DNA of 64,000 bases from an uncultured Lachnospiraceae bacterium (GTDB taxonomy: Bacteria > Bacillota > Clostridia > Lachnospirales > Lachnospiraceae), in the NCBI GenBank assembly GCA_902788555.1, contig CADAKQ010000005.1, forward strand, positions 7,708 to 71,707, given 5' to 3'. The notes under the pieces were generated by a model. It was not told where the DNA came from and ran no database searches. It worked only from the letters and a program-made list of their open reading frames with translations. Below, piece after piece: positions 49,812 to 59,912 of the stretch (position 1 is the stretch's first letter; the number at the start of each line of letters is the position of its first letter). Made by a program: the position numbers and the translations under genes.

Positions 49812-50270
49812 ATGAAAAAAAGTGAAATTGAAGAGTATTGCACTGTACTTGTCACACCTATCATAGAGGAAAATTCCTTTGAATTGGTAGATGTTGAGTA
49901 TGTCAAGGAAGGAGCGGATTATTATCTTAGGGTTTATGCGGATAAGGAGGGCGGTATCAACATAGATGACTGCGTTCTTATAAGCAGGGCACTTGAAAAA
50001 AAGCTTGATGAAGATGATAAGCTTTCAGATGCATATATACTGGAGGTTAGCTCTCCGGGTCTCACAAGACCGCTTAAAAAGGATAAGGATTTTAAAAGGA
50101 GTATCGGAAAAAAGGTTGAGGTCAAATTGTTTGTTAAGTATAACGGATTAAAACAATTTGAGGGAATCCTTAAGGATTATTCTGATGAAGCCGTAACGAT
50201 TGAACTTGAAGCTGATGATATAAAAGTAAACAGAAAAGATATTTCAATGATAAGATTGGCATTTGAGTAA
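49812..50270 (+). CDS. rimP: ribosome maturation factor RimP
   Basis: ELVDVEY, GINIDDC, YILEVSSPGLTRPL. Confidence 0.96.
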   Translation: MKKSEIEEYCTVLVTPIIEENSFELVDVEYVKEGADYYLRVYADKEGGINIDDCVLISRALEKKLDEDDKLSDAYILEVSSPGLTRPLKKDKDFKRSIGKKVEVKLFVKYNGLKQFEGILKDYSDEAVTIELEADDIKVNRKDISMIRLAFE

Positions 50271-50305
50271 AAATGATTAAAAAAATAAATCAGGAGGATA
50301 AAATA

Positions 50306-51451
50306 ATGTCAGAGATAATTGATGCATTAAATCAGTTAGAAAAGGAAAAAGGAATAAGCAAGGATAAGATAATGGAGAAGATAGAAACCTCTCTTGTATC
50401 TGCCTGTGAAAAGGATTTTGGTAAGGATGCTGTTATAGATGTTTCCATGAACCGTGAAACAGGAGATATTTCATTATACCAAAAGAAAACTGTTGTTGAA
50501 AATGTAGAAAATGAAGCGAATGAGATTTCTCTTGTTCAGGCTAAGGCTATGAAGGATGATGCTGCTTTAGGTGACGAGATAAGCATTGAGGTTAAGACTA
50601 AGGAATTTGGAAGAATTGCAGCACAGAAAGCAAGAAGTATAATTGTTCAGGCTATTAAAGAGGGCGAGCGTGATGCTATATATGAGCATTTTGCATGTAA
50701 GGAAAGAGATATTATAACCGGCGTTGTTCAAAGATATGTCGGAAATAATATAAGCATAAGCCTTGATGACAGAACCGATACCATATTAAATGAAAACGAA
50801 CAGGTTAAGGGCGAGGTTTACAGAAGAGGTGACAGAATTAAGCTTTATGTTGTTGAGGTTAAGAAGAATCAGAAGGGCGGATTTAAGATTCTTGTTTCAA
50901 GAACACATAAAGACCTTGTCAGAAAGTTATTTGAAAGAGAGGTTGCCGAGGTTGCGGACGGAACTGTTGAGATAAAGAGTATCTCAAGAGAGCCGGGTTC
51001 AAGATCTAAGATTGCTGTATGGTCAAACGATCCAAATGTTGATCCGGTTGGAGCCTGTGTAGGTCTTAACGGAACAAGAGTAAATACGATTGTTGATGAT
51101 TTAAGAGGAGAAAAAATTGACATAATAAACTGGGATGAGGATCCTGCCGTATTTATCGAAAACTCACTTAGTCCTTCTAAGGTCATTTCCGTAAGCGTAG
51201 ATACGGAGGAAAAGAGTGCTAAGGTTGTAGTTCCTGATTATCAGCTTTCTCTCGCTATCGGTAAGGAAGGTCAAAATGCAAGGCTTGCTGCAAGACTTAC
51301 AGGCTATAAAATTGATATAAAGAGTGAGTCACAGGCAAGAGAATCAGGCTTTATCGATGATGAAGATTATGATGATATCGATATAGATTTCGAAGATGAG
51401 GAATATGATGACAGAGATTATGATGATGAAGAATATGCAGACGAGGAGTAA
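50306..51451 (+). CDS. nusA: transcription factor NusA
   Basis: FGRIAAQ, REPGSRSKIAV, SLAIGKEGQNARLA. Confidence 0.97.
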   Translation: MSEIIDALNQLEKEKGISKDKIMEKIETSLVSACEKDFGKDAVIDVSMNRETGDISLYQKKTVVENVENEANEISLVQAKAMKDDAALGDEISIEVKTKEFGRIAAQKARSIIVQAIKEGERDAIYEHFACKERDIITGVVQRYVGNNISISLDDRTDTILNENEQVKGEVYRRGDRIKLYVVEVKKNQKGGFKILVSRTHKDLVRKLFEREVAEVADGTVEIKSISREPGSRSKIAVWSNDPNVDPVGACVGLNGTRVNTIVDDLRGEKIDIINWDEDPAVFIENSLSPSKVISVSVDTEEKSAKVVVPDYQLSLAIGKEGQNARLAARLTGYKIDIKSESQARESGFIDDEDYDDIDIDFEDEEYDDRDYDDEEYADEE

Positions 51452-51457
51452 TGCTTA

Positions 51458-51715
51458 ATGGCTAAAAAAATACCGCTTAGACAGTGTACAGGATGCAAAG
51501 AACTAAAACCTAAGAATGAAATGATTAGAATTATTAAAACTCCGGAGGATGAAATTTGTCTGGATAAAACAGGCAGAATGAACGGACGGGGAGCCTATAT
51601 CTGTTCAAAAAAAGAGTGTTTTGATAAGGCGGTCAAGTCTAAGGGGATTGAAAAGGCACTTAAGTGTGAGATACCGGACGAGATTTATGAAACTCTTGGC
51701 AAGGAGTTGGTTTGA
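51458..51715 (+). CDS. ylxR: YlxR/RnpM family RNA-binding protein
   Basis: PLRQCTGC; GRGAYIC. Confidence 0.92.
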   Translation: MAKKIPLRQCTGCKELKPKNEMIRIIKTPEDEICLDKTGRMNGRGAYICSKKECFDKAVKSKGIEKALKCEIPDEIYETLGKELV

Positions 51716-52039
51716 TTGAAAGGAAATAAAACATTATCTATGTTATCAATAGCCGCTAAGGCCGGAAAGGTTGTAAGCGGAGGTTTTTTGACAGAGAAGG
51801 CCTTGCAGGAACAAAAGGCAAATCTCGTTTTAATTGCTGATGATGCATCAGATAATACTAAAAAAAAGTTTACTAATAAATGTGAGTTTTACAAGGTTCC
51901 GTATTATATATCAGACAACAGCTTTTTACTTGGAAAATCAATAGGTAAAGAGGAGCGGGTGGTTTTAGCGGTTACTGATGCAGGACTTGCAAAGCAGATT
52001 ATTAACGGAATTAACAGTAGTAAGGATTTGGAGGTGTAA
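51716..52039 (+). CDS. ylxQ: L7Ae family protein YlxQ
   Basis: KAGKVVSG; IADDASDNTKKKF; LGKSIGK. Confidence 0.9.
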   Translation: MKGNKTLSMLSIAAKAGKVVSGGFLTEKALQEQKANLVLIADDASDNTKKKFTNKCEFYKVPYYISDNSFLLGKSIGKEERVVLAVTDAGLAKQIINGINSSKDLEV

Positions 52040-52042
52040 TCT

Positions 52043-54706
52043 ATGAGAGTACACGAATTGGCAAAACAATTATCAGGTGAATTAGGAAAACAGATTACAA
52101 GCAGTGAGCTTCTCGTTAAGCTTAATAAAAAGAAGGAAGGTCTGCGACCGACCAGTAATGTAAGTGATGATTTAATTCAATATATCAGAGGGCTTTATAT
52201 TAAAACGGCTGCACCGGCAAAGGCAAAAGTAAATGCGGCTGCACCGGTAAAGGCAAAGCCTAAGACCACAGATACAGGTAAAGTGTCTGTAAAAAAAGAA
52301 ACAGCGGTTAAAGAACCTGTAAAAAAGGCTGTTGTAAAAAATGTCGATAATACGATTAAGGATAAAGTCAAAAATGAAGACGCAAAAAAACAGTCAATTG
52401 TAAAAGAAAAATCTATAGTTGCTCCAAAGGAAATAAAAAAGTCTGAGCCTCAAACGGAAAAAACCGTAAAAAGAGAGGTTACTAATAAGGAGACTTTAAA
52501 GAGTGATGAAGCAAGCAATAAGGCTCCAAGAAAAGAAGCTTCAAGGGATACACAAAGAAGAAGCTTTGCCGGTAGAGAAGACAAAGACGTAAGAGCAGGA
52601 AAAGAAGGAAGACCGGGAAAGGATTTTCATGGAGAAGGAAGACCGGGAAGAGACAGACAGGGAAGGGACAGACAGGATTTTGACGGCATACAGAAAAGAC
52701 AATCGTCAGGTAAGAGAGATTTTTCAAGAAATGATTCTGCCGTTGAAGAGCCTTTGAGAAAGGAATCAAGAAAAGACAGAGACAGAAGTAAAGAAAGAGA
52801 CAGAGAAAAGGAAAGAGAAAGAGATAACAGAGACAGAGAAAAAGAATTCGATAGAGAAAAGCCAAATAAAAAAGACGGAAAGAGAAAGGATAGCAAAAAA
52901 ACCGAAGCACCTAAGAAGGAAGCACCTAAAAAGCAGGAGCATGTGGAGCCTGTTATCAAGTCGATTAAGTTCCCTGAGGTGCTTACAGTCAGTGAGCTTG
53001 CAGGAAAAATTAAAGTTCCTGTTGCCCAGCTCATTAAGAAGCTTTTTATGTCAGGAAAGCTTTATAATGTTAATTCTGACCTTTCCTTTGATGAGGCTGC
53101 TGAGATTGCTCTTGAATACAACTACATAGCTGAAGAGGAAGAAAAGGTTGATATTATTGAAGAGCTTTTAAAAGAAGAGGAAGAGGACGAGTCACTTATG
53201 ACTCCGAGACCTCCTGTAGTATGTGTAATGGGACATGTAGACCATGGTAAAACATCACTCCTGGATGCTATAAGACATTCTGATGTAACCGCAGGAGAAG
53301 CAGGTGGAATTACACAGCATATTGGTGCATCTGTTGTTAAGATTAATGGTCAAAAAATTACATTTCTTGATACACCGGGACATGAAGCATTTACTGCTAT
53401 GCGTATGAGAGGTGCACAGTCAACGGATATTGCTATTCTTGTTGTTGCAGCCGATGATGGTGTTATGCCACAGACAGTTGAGGCTATTAACCACGCAAAG
53501 GCGGCCGGAATAGAAATAATAGTTGCAATAAATAAGATAGATAAGGAAAGTGCCAATATCGACAGAGTTAAGCAGGAGCTTATGGAATATGAGCTTGTTC
53601 CTGAAGATTGGGGCGGTTCTACAATATTCTGTCCGGTTTCTGCACATACTAAGGAAGGTATTGATAACCTTCTTGAGATGATAATCCTTACTTCTGAGAT
53701 TCTTGAGCTTAAGGCCAACAAGAACAGAAGTGCAAGAGGTATTGTTATAGAGGCACAGCTTGATAAGGGACGCGGTTCCGTTGCAACAGTTCTTGTTCAA
53801 AAGGGTACGCTTCGCGTCGGAGATTATGTTGCGGTAGGTGCAGTTCATGGTAAGGTAAGAGCCATGTTTGACGACAAGCACAGAAGTGTTAAGGAAGCAC
53901 TTCCTTCAACGCCGGTTGAGATACTTGGTCTTAACGGTGTACCTGAGTCGGGCGAGATATTTATGACAACAGCAAATGAAAAGGAAGCAAGACAGATTTC
54001 AGATGCATTTATTAACAGAGGCAAGGAAAGACTTATAGCCGATACTAAATCGAGAATGTCACTTGACGACCTTTATAATAAGATTCAGGAGGGAAATGTT
54101 AAGGACCTTAATCTTATTATCAAGGCTGACGTACAGGGTTCTGTTGAGGCTGTTAAGGCGAGTCTTCTCAAGCTTTCCAATGAGGAGGTAGCTGTCAAAT
54201 GTATCCACTCGGGTGTCGGTGCAATTAACGAATCGGACGTTATACTCGCATCCGCATCAAATGCCATAATAATCGGCTTCAACATAAGACCGGATAATCA
54301 GGCAAAGGATGTTGCAGACAGAGAAAAGGTTGATATAAGATTATACAGAGTTATATACAATGCAATAGAGGATATAGAATCCGCTATGAAGGGAATGCTT
54401 GATCCTATATACGAGGAAAAGGTTATCGGTCATGCAGAGGTTAGACAGACCTACAAGGCTTCAGGTGTTGGTACTATAGCAGGTTCATATGTACTCGATG
54501 GCACTATTCAAAGAAATGCAACAGTAAGAGTAACACGCGAGGGAGAGCAGATATTTGAAGGACCTCTTGCATCTCTTAAGAGATTCAAGGATGATGTTAA
54601 GGAAGTAAAATCAGGCTTTGAGTGTGGTATCGTTCTTGAAGACTTTAATGATATAAAGGTGGAAGATCAAATAGAAGCGTATATTATGGTTGAGGTGCCA
54701 AGATAA
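52043..54706 (+). CDS. infB: translation initiation factor IF-2
   Basis: [20 protein letters not shown]; charged N-terminal region. Confidence 0.98.
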   Translation: MRVHELAKQLSGELGKQITSSELLVKLNKKKEGLRPTSNVSDDLIQYIRGLYIKTAAPAKAKVNAAAPVKAKPKTTDTGKVSVKKETAVKEPVKKAVVKNVDNTIKDKVKNEDAKKQSIVKEKSIVAPKEIKKSEPQTEKTVKREVTNKETLKSDEASNKAPRKEASRDTQRRSFAGREDKDVRAGKEGRPGKDFHGEGRPGRDRQGRDRQDFDGIQKRQSSGKRDFSRNDSAVEEPLRKESRKDRDRSKERDREKERERDNRDREKEFDREKPNKKDGKRKDSKKTEAPKKEAPKKQEHVEPVIKSIKFPEVLTVSELAGKIKVPVAQLIKKLFMSGKLYNVNSDLSFDEAAEIALEYNYIAEEEEKVDIIEELLKEEEEDESLMTPRPPVVCVMGHVDHGKTSLLDAIRHSDVTAGEAGGITQHIGASVVKINGQKITFLDTPGHEAFTAMRMRGAQSTDIAILVVAADDGVMPQTVEAINHAKAAGIEIIVAINKIDKESANIDRVKQELMEYELVPEDWGGSTIFCPVSAHTKEGIDNLLEMIILTSEILELKANKNRSARGIVIEAQLDKGRGSVATVLVQKGTLRVGDYVAVGAVHGKVRAMFDDKHRSVKEALPSTPVEILGLNGVPESGEIFMTTANEKEARQISDAFINRGKERLIADTKSRMSLDDLYNKIQEGNVKDLNLIIKADVQGSVEAVKASLLKLSNEEVAVKCIHSGVGAINESDVILASASNAIIIGFNIRPDNQAKDVADREKVDIRLYRVIYNAIEDIESAMKGMLDPIYEEKVIGHAEVRQTYKASGVGTIAGSYVLDGTIQRNATVRVTREGEQIFEGPLASLKRFKDDVKEVKSGFECGIVLEDFNDIKVEDQIEAYIMVEVPR

Positions 54707-54752
54707 TAGCTTGAATAAGCATTGTGACAGGCTGTGGAGGATATGAATAAGT

Positions 54753-55148
54753 ATGAGAAAATCAAGTCACAAGAATCAACGAATAAATGGTGAGGTTCAA
54801 AGAGAGCTTAGCCGTATTATAAGCAGAGAGATTAAGGACCCGAGAATTGCGCCTATGACTTCTGTAACTGATGTTATAGTTACTCCTGATTTAAAATTCT
54901 GCAAGGCATTTATAAGTGTTTTGGCAGACGAGGAGTCTGCAAGAGAAACCTTAGAGGGTCTGAAAAGTGCAAGCGGATATATAAGACGTGAGCTTGCAAA
55001 AAGCATAAATTTAAGAAATACTCCTGAGCTTATATTTGTAATGGACAATTCCATAGAATATGGAATTGAAATGTCGAAAAAAATTGACGAGGTGCTCGGC
55101 GGCGATAATGCTTATGAAGCCGATTTTGATGGAGACGAGGATGAATAA
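54753..55148 (+). CDS. rbfA: ribosome-binding factor A
   Basis: IKDPRI; LRNTPELIFVMDNSIEYG. Confidence 0.96.
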   Translation: MRKSSHKNQRINGEVQRELSRIISREIKDPRIAPMTSVTDVIVTPDLKFCKAFISVLADEESARETLEGLKSASGYIRRELAKSINLRNTPELIFVMDNSIEYGIEMSKKIDEVLGGDNAYEADFDGDEDE

Positions 55149-56097
55149 ATTAATTGATAAGATTGAAGCATCAAAAAGTATTGCGATTTTTGGACATATG
55201 AATCCTGACGGGGACTGTATAGGTTCCTGTCTCGGTTTATGGAATTACATAAGAGATAACTACGAAGATAAGGAGGTAGTAGTATATCTCCAGCCGGTTG
55301 TTGCCAAATTTAAGTTCTTAAAAGGTGTTGAAAGTATAGTAAGCACTCCTTCCGACAGGGTATATGATTTGGGTATATCACTTGATTGCGGAGATACCGA
55401 CAGACATGGAGAGTTTGGCAATATTTATAAGAATTCAAGGTATACCATATGCTTTGATCATCACAGGAGCAATGAGGGTTTTGGAGATTATTTTCATTGT
55501 GAACCTGATTCCTCCTCCTGCTGTGAGGTTTTGTTTAATTTCCTGGATTATAATAAGATATCTATGGAATGTGCGGAGGCTCTTTATCTTGGAATCGTAC
55601 ATGATACAGGAGTTTTCAAATATCAGGCAACCACTGAAAAGACCATGGCTATTGCAGGAAAGCTTATTTCAAAGGGAGCAAGAAGCCAGTACATAATTGA
55701 TGAAACCTTTTTCAAGGTGTCTTATAATCAAAACAGACTAACCGGAAAGGTTTTACTTGATGCAAAGCTTCATATGGAAGGGAAGGTTATTACCGCCTGT
55801 ATTACGAAGGAAATATTTGATGAGTACAATACAACAAAGGACGATACGGATGGCATTATCGATAAATTAAGAGTAACAGATGGTGTTGAGGTTGCTGTCC
55901 TTGCATATCAAAAGGGGGAGAATTTGTTCAAATACAGTCTCCGTTCGGTAAGATATATTGATGTAAGTAAGATAGCTGATTCCTTTGGTGGAGGCGGTCA
56001 TATAAGAGCTGCCGGTTTTGATGCTGGGGGCAGATATGAAGATGTTTTGAAACGTATAATGGATATGATTATAGAGCAGATGAGGAAATATAATTGA
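55141..56097 (+). CDS. nrnA: DHH-family oligoribonuclease/pAp phosphatase NrnA
   Basis: HMNPDGDCIGS, DHH, DTGVF, GGGGHIRAAG. Confidence 0.9.
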   Translation: MNKLIDKIEASKSIAIFGHMNPDGDCIGSCLGLWNYIRDNYEDKEVVVYLQPVVAKFKFLKGVESIVSTPSDRVYDLGISLDCGDTDRHGEFGNIYKNSRYTICFDHHRSNEGFGDYFHCEPDSSSCCEVLFNFLDYNKISMECAEALYLGIVHDTGVFKYQATTEKTMAIAGKLISKGARSQYIIDETFFKVSYNQNRLTGKVLLDAKLHMEGKVITACITKEIFDEYNTTKDDTDGIIDKLRVTDGVEVAVLAYQKGENLFKYSLRSVRYIDVSKIADSFGGGGHIRAAGFDAGGRYEDVLKRIMDMIIEQMRKYN

Positions 56098-57002
56098 TAG
56101 ATGGAATAATAAATGTCTATAAGGAAAAAGGATATACTTCCTTTGATGTGGTTGCAAAGCTTAGAGGTATTCTTAAACAAAAGAAAATAGGACATACCGG
56201 AACACTTGACCCGATGGCTGAGGGGGTGCTCATAGTTTGTCTTGGAAAGGCGACAAAGCTTGTGGATATTCTTGTTACAAGCACTAAGGAATATAAAGCC
56301 TCTATGAAGCTTGGTGAGGAAACGGATACTGAGGATATAACAGGCAGTCCTATATCAAAAAATGATTTATGGAAAAATTTAGATGAGGAAACGGTTGTTC
56401 ACACAATTAATTCCTTTGTTGGAAGCTATGAGCAGCTTCCACCTATGTATTCGGCAATTAAAAAAGACGGAAAAAAGCTATATGAATATGCAAGGGAAGG
56501 CATAGAAATTGAAAGAGAAAAAAGGTCTGTAAAGATAATATCCATAAGTGATATAAGGATTGAATTACCGTATGTACATTTTGATGTCAAATGCTCAAAG
56601 GGCACTTATATAAGAAGCTTATGTCGTGATATAGGAAGAAAGCTTGGATGTGGTGCAGTTCTTTCGGGACTTTTAAGAAGTGAGCTTTTAGGTATGTATG
56701 CCCATGATGCATATAAGCTTTCCGATATAGAGGCTTTAAGAGGTGAGAATGGTCTTGATAAGTGTATAGTTCCAATGGATGTACTGCTTAAGGATTATGA
56801 AAGACTTGATATAAATCCACGTGCTTTAAAGCTTTTACAAAACGGAAATAAACTTAAACCTTTTAGCTTTATAAACTATACGGATGAAAATAATGACAAA
56901 ATATCGGGTATTTACAGAGTGTATGACAAGGATAAGCTGATGGCACTGTATGAATATAAGACCGATGAAGATATATTTGTGCCATATAAGATGTTTTTAT
57001 AA
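56094..57002 (+). CDS. truB: tRNA pseudouridine(55) synthase
   Basis: GHTGTLDP; PPMYSAIK; CSKGTYIRSL. Confidence 0.96.
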   Translation: MIDGIINVYKEKGYTSFDVVAKLRGILKQKKIGHTGTLDPMAEGVLIVCLGKATKLVDILVTSTKEYKASMKLGEETDTEDITGSPISKNDLWKNLDEETVVHTINSFVGSYEQLPPMYSAIKKDGKKLYEYAREGIEIEREKRSVKIISISDIRIELPYVHFDVKCSKGTYIRSLCRDIGRKLGCGAVLSGLLRSELLGMYAHDAYKLSDIEALRGENGLDKCIVPMDVLLKDYERLDINPRALKLLQNGNKLKPFSFINYTDENNDKISGIYRVYDKDKLMALYEYKTDEDIFVPYKMFL

Positions 57003-57039
57003 TTATTTTGCATATATGTGATTTTGCGGAGATTTTATT

Positions 57040-57978
57040 GTGGAAATAATAGCGTATGATAAGGCTCAATTAAATAATACTGCGGTTGCACTCGGCAAAT
57101 TTGAAGGAATACATAAGGGACATATGCTTTTAATAAATAAGATTACCAAGCTGTCTCAAAATGCAAAAAGCGGTGAAAGCAGGAATGATGAAAATATAAA
57201 GAGTGTAGTCTTTACAATAAATATGAATGAAGAAAAGGCGATAAATCTTGACTTTGAAAGATATGATATATTTTCGTCCTGTGGGGTGGATTATGTATGC
57301 GAATGTCCGTTTGACGAAAAAATATCAAGGCTTTCTCCTGAAGCCTTTATTAAAAATATTCTTGTTGAAAGACTTGGAGCAGCATATGTTGTAGTTGGAA
57401 CGGATTTTAGATTCGGATATAAAAGGTCAGGCGGAGTAGATACACTTAAAAGGTATGCTAAGCAGTATAATTATGAGGTTATAGTTTTTGAAAAATTAAG
57501 TGTCGGCGGAGAAGTTATAAGTTCATCGGCTATTAGGAAACTTCTTGATGAGGGCAATATGAAAAAGGTTACGGAATATATGGGTAGACCGTATTTTATA
57601 TCCGGAGAGGTCACTTTTGGGAAGCAGCTTGGAAGGACTATAGGTTTTCCTACAGCAAATCTCATACCGGATTTGAAAAAGAAGCTTCCTTTTTCAGGCG
57701 CATATGAAACAAGAGTTTATATTGAAAATGATTCTTTGTGTTATAAGGCTATTACAAATGTCGGCAGTAATCCTACGGTCAATGAAGAAAAAGATTTAAA
57801 TAATAGTTCGGAATTTGTTATAGAAACACATTTATTAGACTATTCCGGTAATTTATATGGTAAAAATATTAAAGTAGAATTTTTGGATTTTTTAAGACCG
57901 GAAGAAAAATTTGATAGTTTTGATAGCTTGAAGAAACAGCTTGAAACAGATAAGGAAAGAGTTAAAAATCATATATAA
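57040..57978 (+). CDS. ribF: bifunctional riboflavin kinase/FAD synthetase
   Basis: GKFEGIHKGH, VGTDFRFG, ISSSAIR, GFPTAN, ETH. Confidence 0.95.
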   Translation: MEIIAYDKAQLNNTAVALGKFEGIHKGHMLLINKITKLSQNAKSGESRNDENIKSVVFTINMNEEKAINLDFERYDIFSSCGVDYVCECPFDEKISRLSPEAFIKNILVERLGAAYVVVGTDFRFGYKRSGGVDTLKRYAKQYNYEVIVFEKLSVGGEVISSSAIRKLLDEGNMKKVTEYMGRPYFISGEVTFGKQLGRTIGFPTANLIPDLKKKLPFSGAYETRVYIENDSLCYKAITNVGSNPTVNEEKDLNNSSEFVIETHLLDYSGNLYGKNIKVEFLDFLRPEEKFDSFDSLKKQLETDKERVKNHI

Positions 57979-57990
57979 TTTTTTAGATTG

Positions 57991-58062
57991 GCATCAGTAG
58001 CTCAGTGGATAGAGCAATGGCCTCCGGAGCCATGTGCGTAGGTTCGATTCCTATCTGGTGCA
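57991..58062 (+). tRNA. tRNA-Arg (CCG), CCA not encoded
   Basis: Acceptor GCATCAG/CTGGTGC, D arm GCTC/GAGC, anticodon arm ATGGC-CTCCGGA-GCCAT, T arm GTAGG-TTCGATT-CCTAT. Confidence 0.95.
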
Positions 58063-58107
58063 TTTTTATTTTAAAAAAATATCTTCTTTATGAAATGGAG
58101 GGGAAAT

Positions 58108-59139
58108 ATGTCAAAAAGAAAAAAGACCTATCTTGATAAAATAAATTTTGATGTTTTTGAGGACGATAAGCCTGAAGATTTTGATTTGTTTGCAAATATT
58201 TCCGTCGATAAAGAGAAAAACGATATAGAAGCTCCAAAGCCTGCCAAAGAGCCTGTCGAAGAGTCTGACGATGAGCTTGATGAAGAGCCTGACGAGGAGT
58301 CTGACGATGAGCTTGATGAAGAGCCTGTCGAAGAGTCTGACAATGAGCATGATAAAGAGCCTGACAATGAGCATGATAAAGAGCCTGAAGAAGAGCAAAC
58401 TAAACATGCAGAGTATAGCTCAGGTAAGAAAAAAAAGGGTGGTATCGCAGTATTTATAATATTTTGGATTATTCTGTTTGGTGCAGGTGTATTTGCCTTT
58501 TTATATTTTGAGACAGATGTATTTAAGAAAAAGAAAGATATAACAACAAATTCTTCAGAGACTACTTTAACTGAAGAACAAACCACAGCTGATTTTACAG
58601 AAGCTACAGAAGAAGCAGCAGATGATAATTTTTATACGGTTTATTCATATCAGACCAATGCTGATATAAATATCAATGCTCTTATGGCAGATTATTATGA
58701 TGCACTTGTAAGAGGAGATAGTGAAAAGCTAAAAGAAATTGTTACCGAGCCTGATGCATTTGGAGATATGATGATTTATGAGACAAAGGCTCAGGTTATA
58801 AGTGAATATAGTAATATAACCTGTTATACGATACCCGGTCTAAACGAGGGTGAAATTTTGGTTTTTACAACGAGCAATATTACTATAACAGGTGTTAAAA
58901 GTAAGCCGCTTGATATAAAACAGTTTTATGTTGTCAAGGATGGAAATAATTACAAGATAAACAATGGTGTTTTATCTAAGGATGTTATTGATTATATCAA
59001 TGTCCAGGCGGGAAGTTCCGACATTCAGGCATTATATAAATCTGTTCAGGATAACATTAACGAATGTCTGGCTAATGATGAAACCTTTGCGGATTTTTAT
59101 AATAAAATCAGTACAAATACCGATTCTTCCGGTGAATGA
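58108..59139 (+). CDS. hypothetical single-pass membrane protein with acidic repeat region
   Basis: GGAGGG RBS; acidic N-terminus, KKKK then TM, Thr-rich linker, globular C-terminal domain. Confidence 0.8.
   Translation: MSKRKKTYLDKINFDVFEDDKPEDFDLFANISVDKEKNDIEAPKPAKEPVEESDDELDEEPDEESDDELDEEPVEESDNEHDKEPDNEHDKEPEEEQTKHAEYSSGKKKKGGIAVFIIFWIILFGAGVFAFLYFETDVFKKKKDITTNSSETTLTEEQTTADFTEATEEAADDNFYTVYSYQTNADININALMADYYDALVRGDSEKLKEIVTEPDAFGDMMIYETKAQVISEYSNITCYTIPGLNEGEILVFTTSNITITGVKSKPLDIKQFYVVKDGNNYKINNGVLSKDVIDYINVQAGSSDIQALYKSVQDNINECLANDETFADFYNKISTNTDSSGE
58249..58392 (+). repeat. in-frame tandem repeat, 12 x 12-bp units with 36-bp higher-order period
   Basis: GAGCCTGTCGAA GAGTCTGACGAT GAGCTTGATGAA and variants (EPVE ESDD ELDE). 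Confidence 0.85.
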
Positions 59140-59194
59140 TTTAAATCAGCTTAAACTTTAGATTAATAAGTAATTTGAATGCAGGTAAAAATAT

Positions 59195-59893
59195 ATGGGT
59201 GATGAAATAAGACTTAATAAATATTTGAGTGAAGCCGGAGTATGTTCAAGGAGGCAGGCTGATAAGCTGATAGAAGAAGGTAAGGTTACCGTAGATGGCA
59301 AAACTGCTGATTTGGGTACTAAAGTAACCGCTGATTCTAAAGTGTTCTACGGAGGTAAGAGGATTGAATTAAATACGCATATTGTTATATATGCTTACAA
59401 TAAACCGCGTGGCTATGTTTGCACCTCAAAGGAGGCGGATAAGGATAGCATATTTAATTATGTGAATTTTCCCGAAAAGGTAAATTATGTCGGAAGACTT
59501 GATAAGGATTCACAGGGACTTTTGCTTCTTACCAATGACGGAAATCTTGCAAATGCTATTCAAAAATCAAGAAATAACCATGAAAAGGAGTATATTGTAA
59601 GAATTAATAAGGCGGTTACTGATGAGTTTATAGAAGGAATGTCAAACGGTGTACCTATACTTGATACCGTAACAAAAAAATGCAAGGTGGAAAGAGTAGG
59701 AACCAGATCCTTCAGAATAGTTCTTACACAGGGATTAAACAGGCAGATAAGAAGGATGTGTGAATATTATGATGTGAGAGTTTCACATCTTAAAAGAGTC
59801 AGGATAATGAATATCAAGCTTGGTAATTTGAAGCTTGGAGAGTATAGAGAGCTGACTGCCGAGGAAGAAAAGATGTTGAGAAGTAAATTATAA
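59195..59893 (+). CDS. rRNA pseudouridine synthase (RsuA/RluB/RluF family, RluF-like)
   Basis: S4 domain RLNKYLSEAGVCSRR; GRLDKDSQGL; QGLNRQIRRMC. Confidence 0.9.
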   Translation: MGDEIRLNKYLSEAGVCSRRQADKLIEEGKVTVDGKTADLGTKVTADSKVFYGGKRIELNTHIVIYAYNKPRGYVCTSKEADKDSIFNYVNFPEKVNYVGRLDKDSQGLLLLTNDGNLANAIQKSRNNHEKEYIVRINKAVTDEFIEGMSNGVPILDTVTKKCKVERVGTRSFRIVLTQGLNRQIRRMCEYYDVRVSHLKRVRIMNIKLGNLKLGEYRELTAEEEKMLRSKL

Positions 59894-59912
59894 AATTGTT
59901 TCGGAGGTTTAT

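Noticed and set aside
52206-52870. Short duplications and AG-rich repeats in the infB 5' region
   Set aside because: Ordinary low-complexity IF-2 N-terminal linker.
57094-57123. RibF GKFEG instead of GxFDG
   Set aside because: Conservative substitution with HxGH and the other motifs intact; no evidence of inactivation.
57991-59139. tRNA-Arg as a prophage or island attachment site
   Set aside because: No integrase and no duplicated tRNA 3' end seen in the window; housekeeping genes resume immediately.
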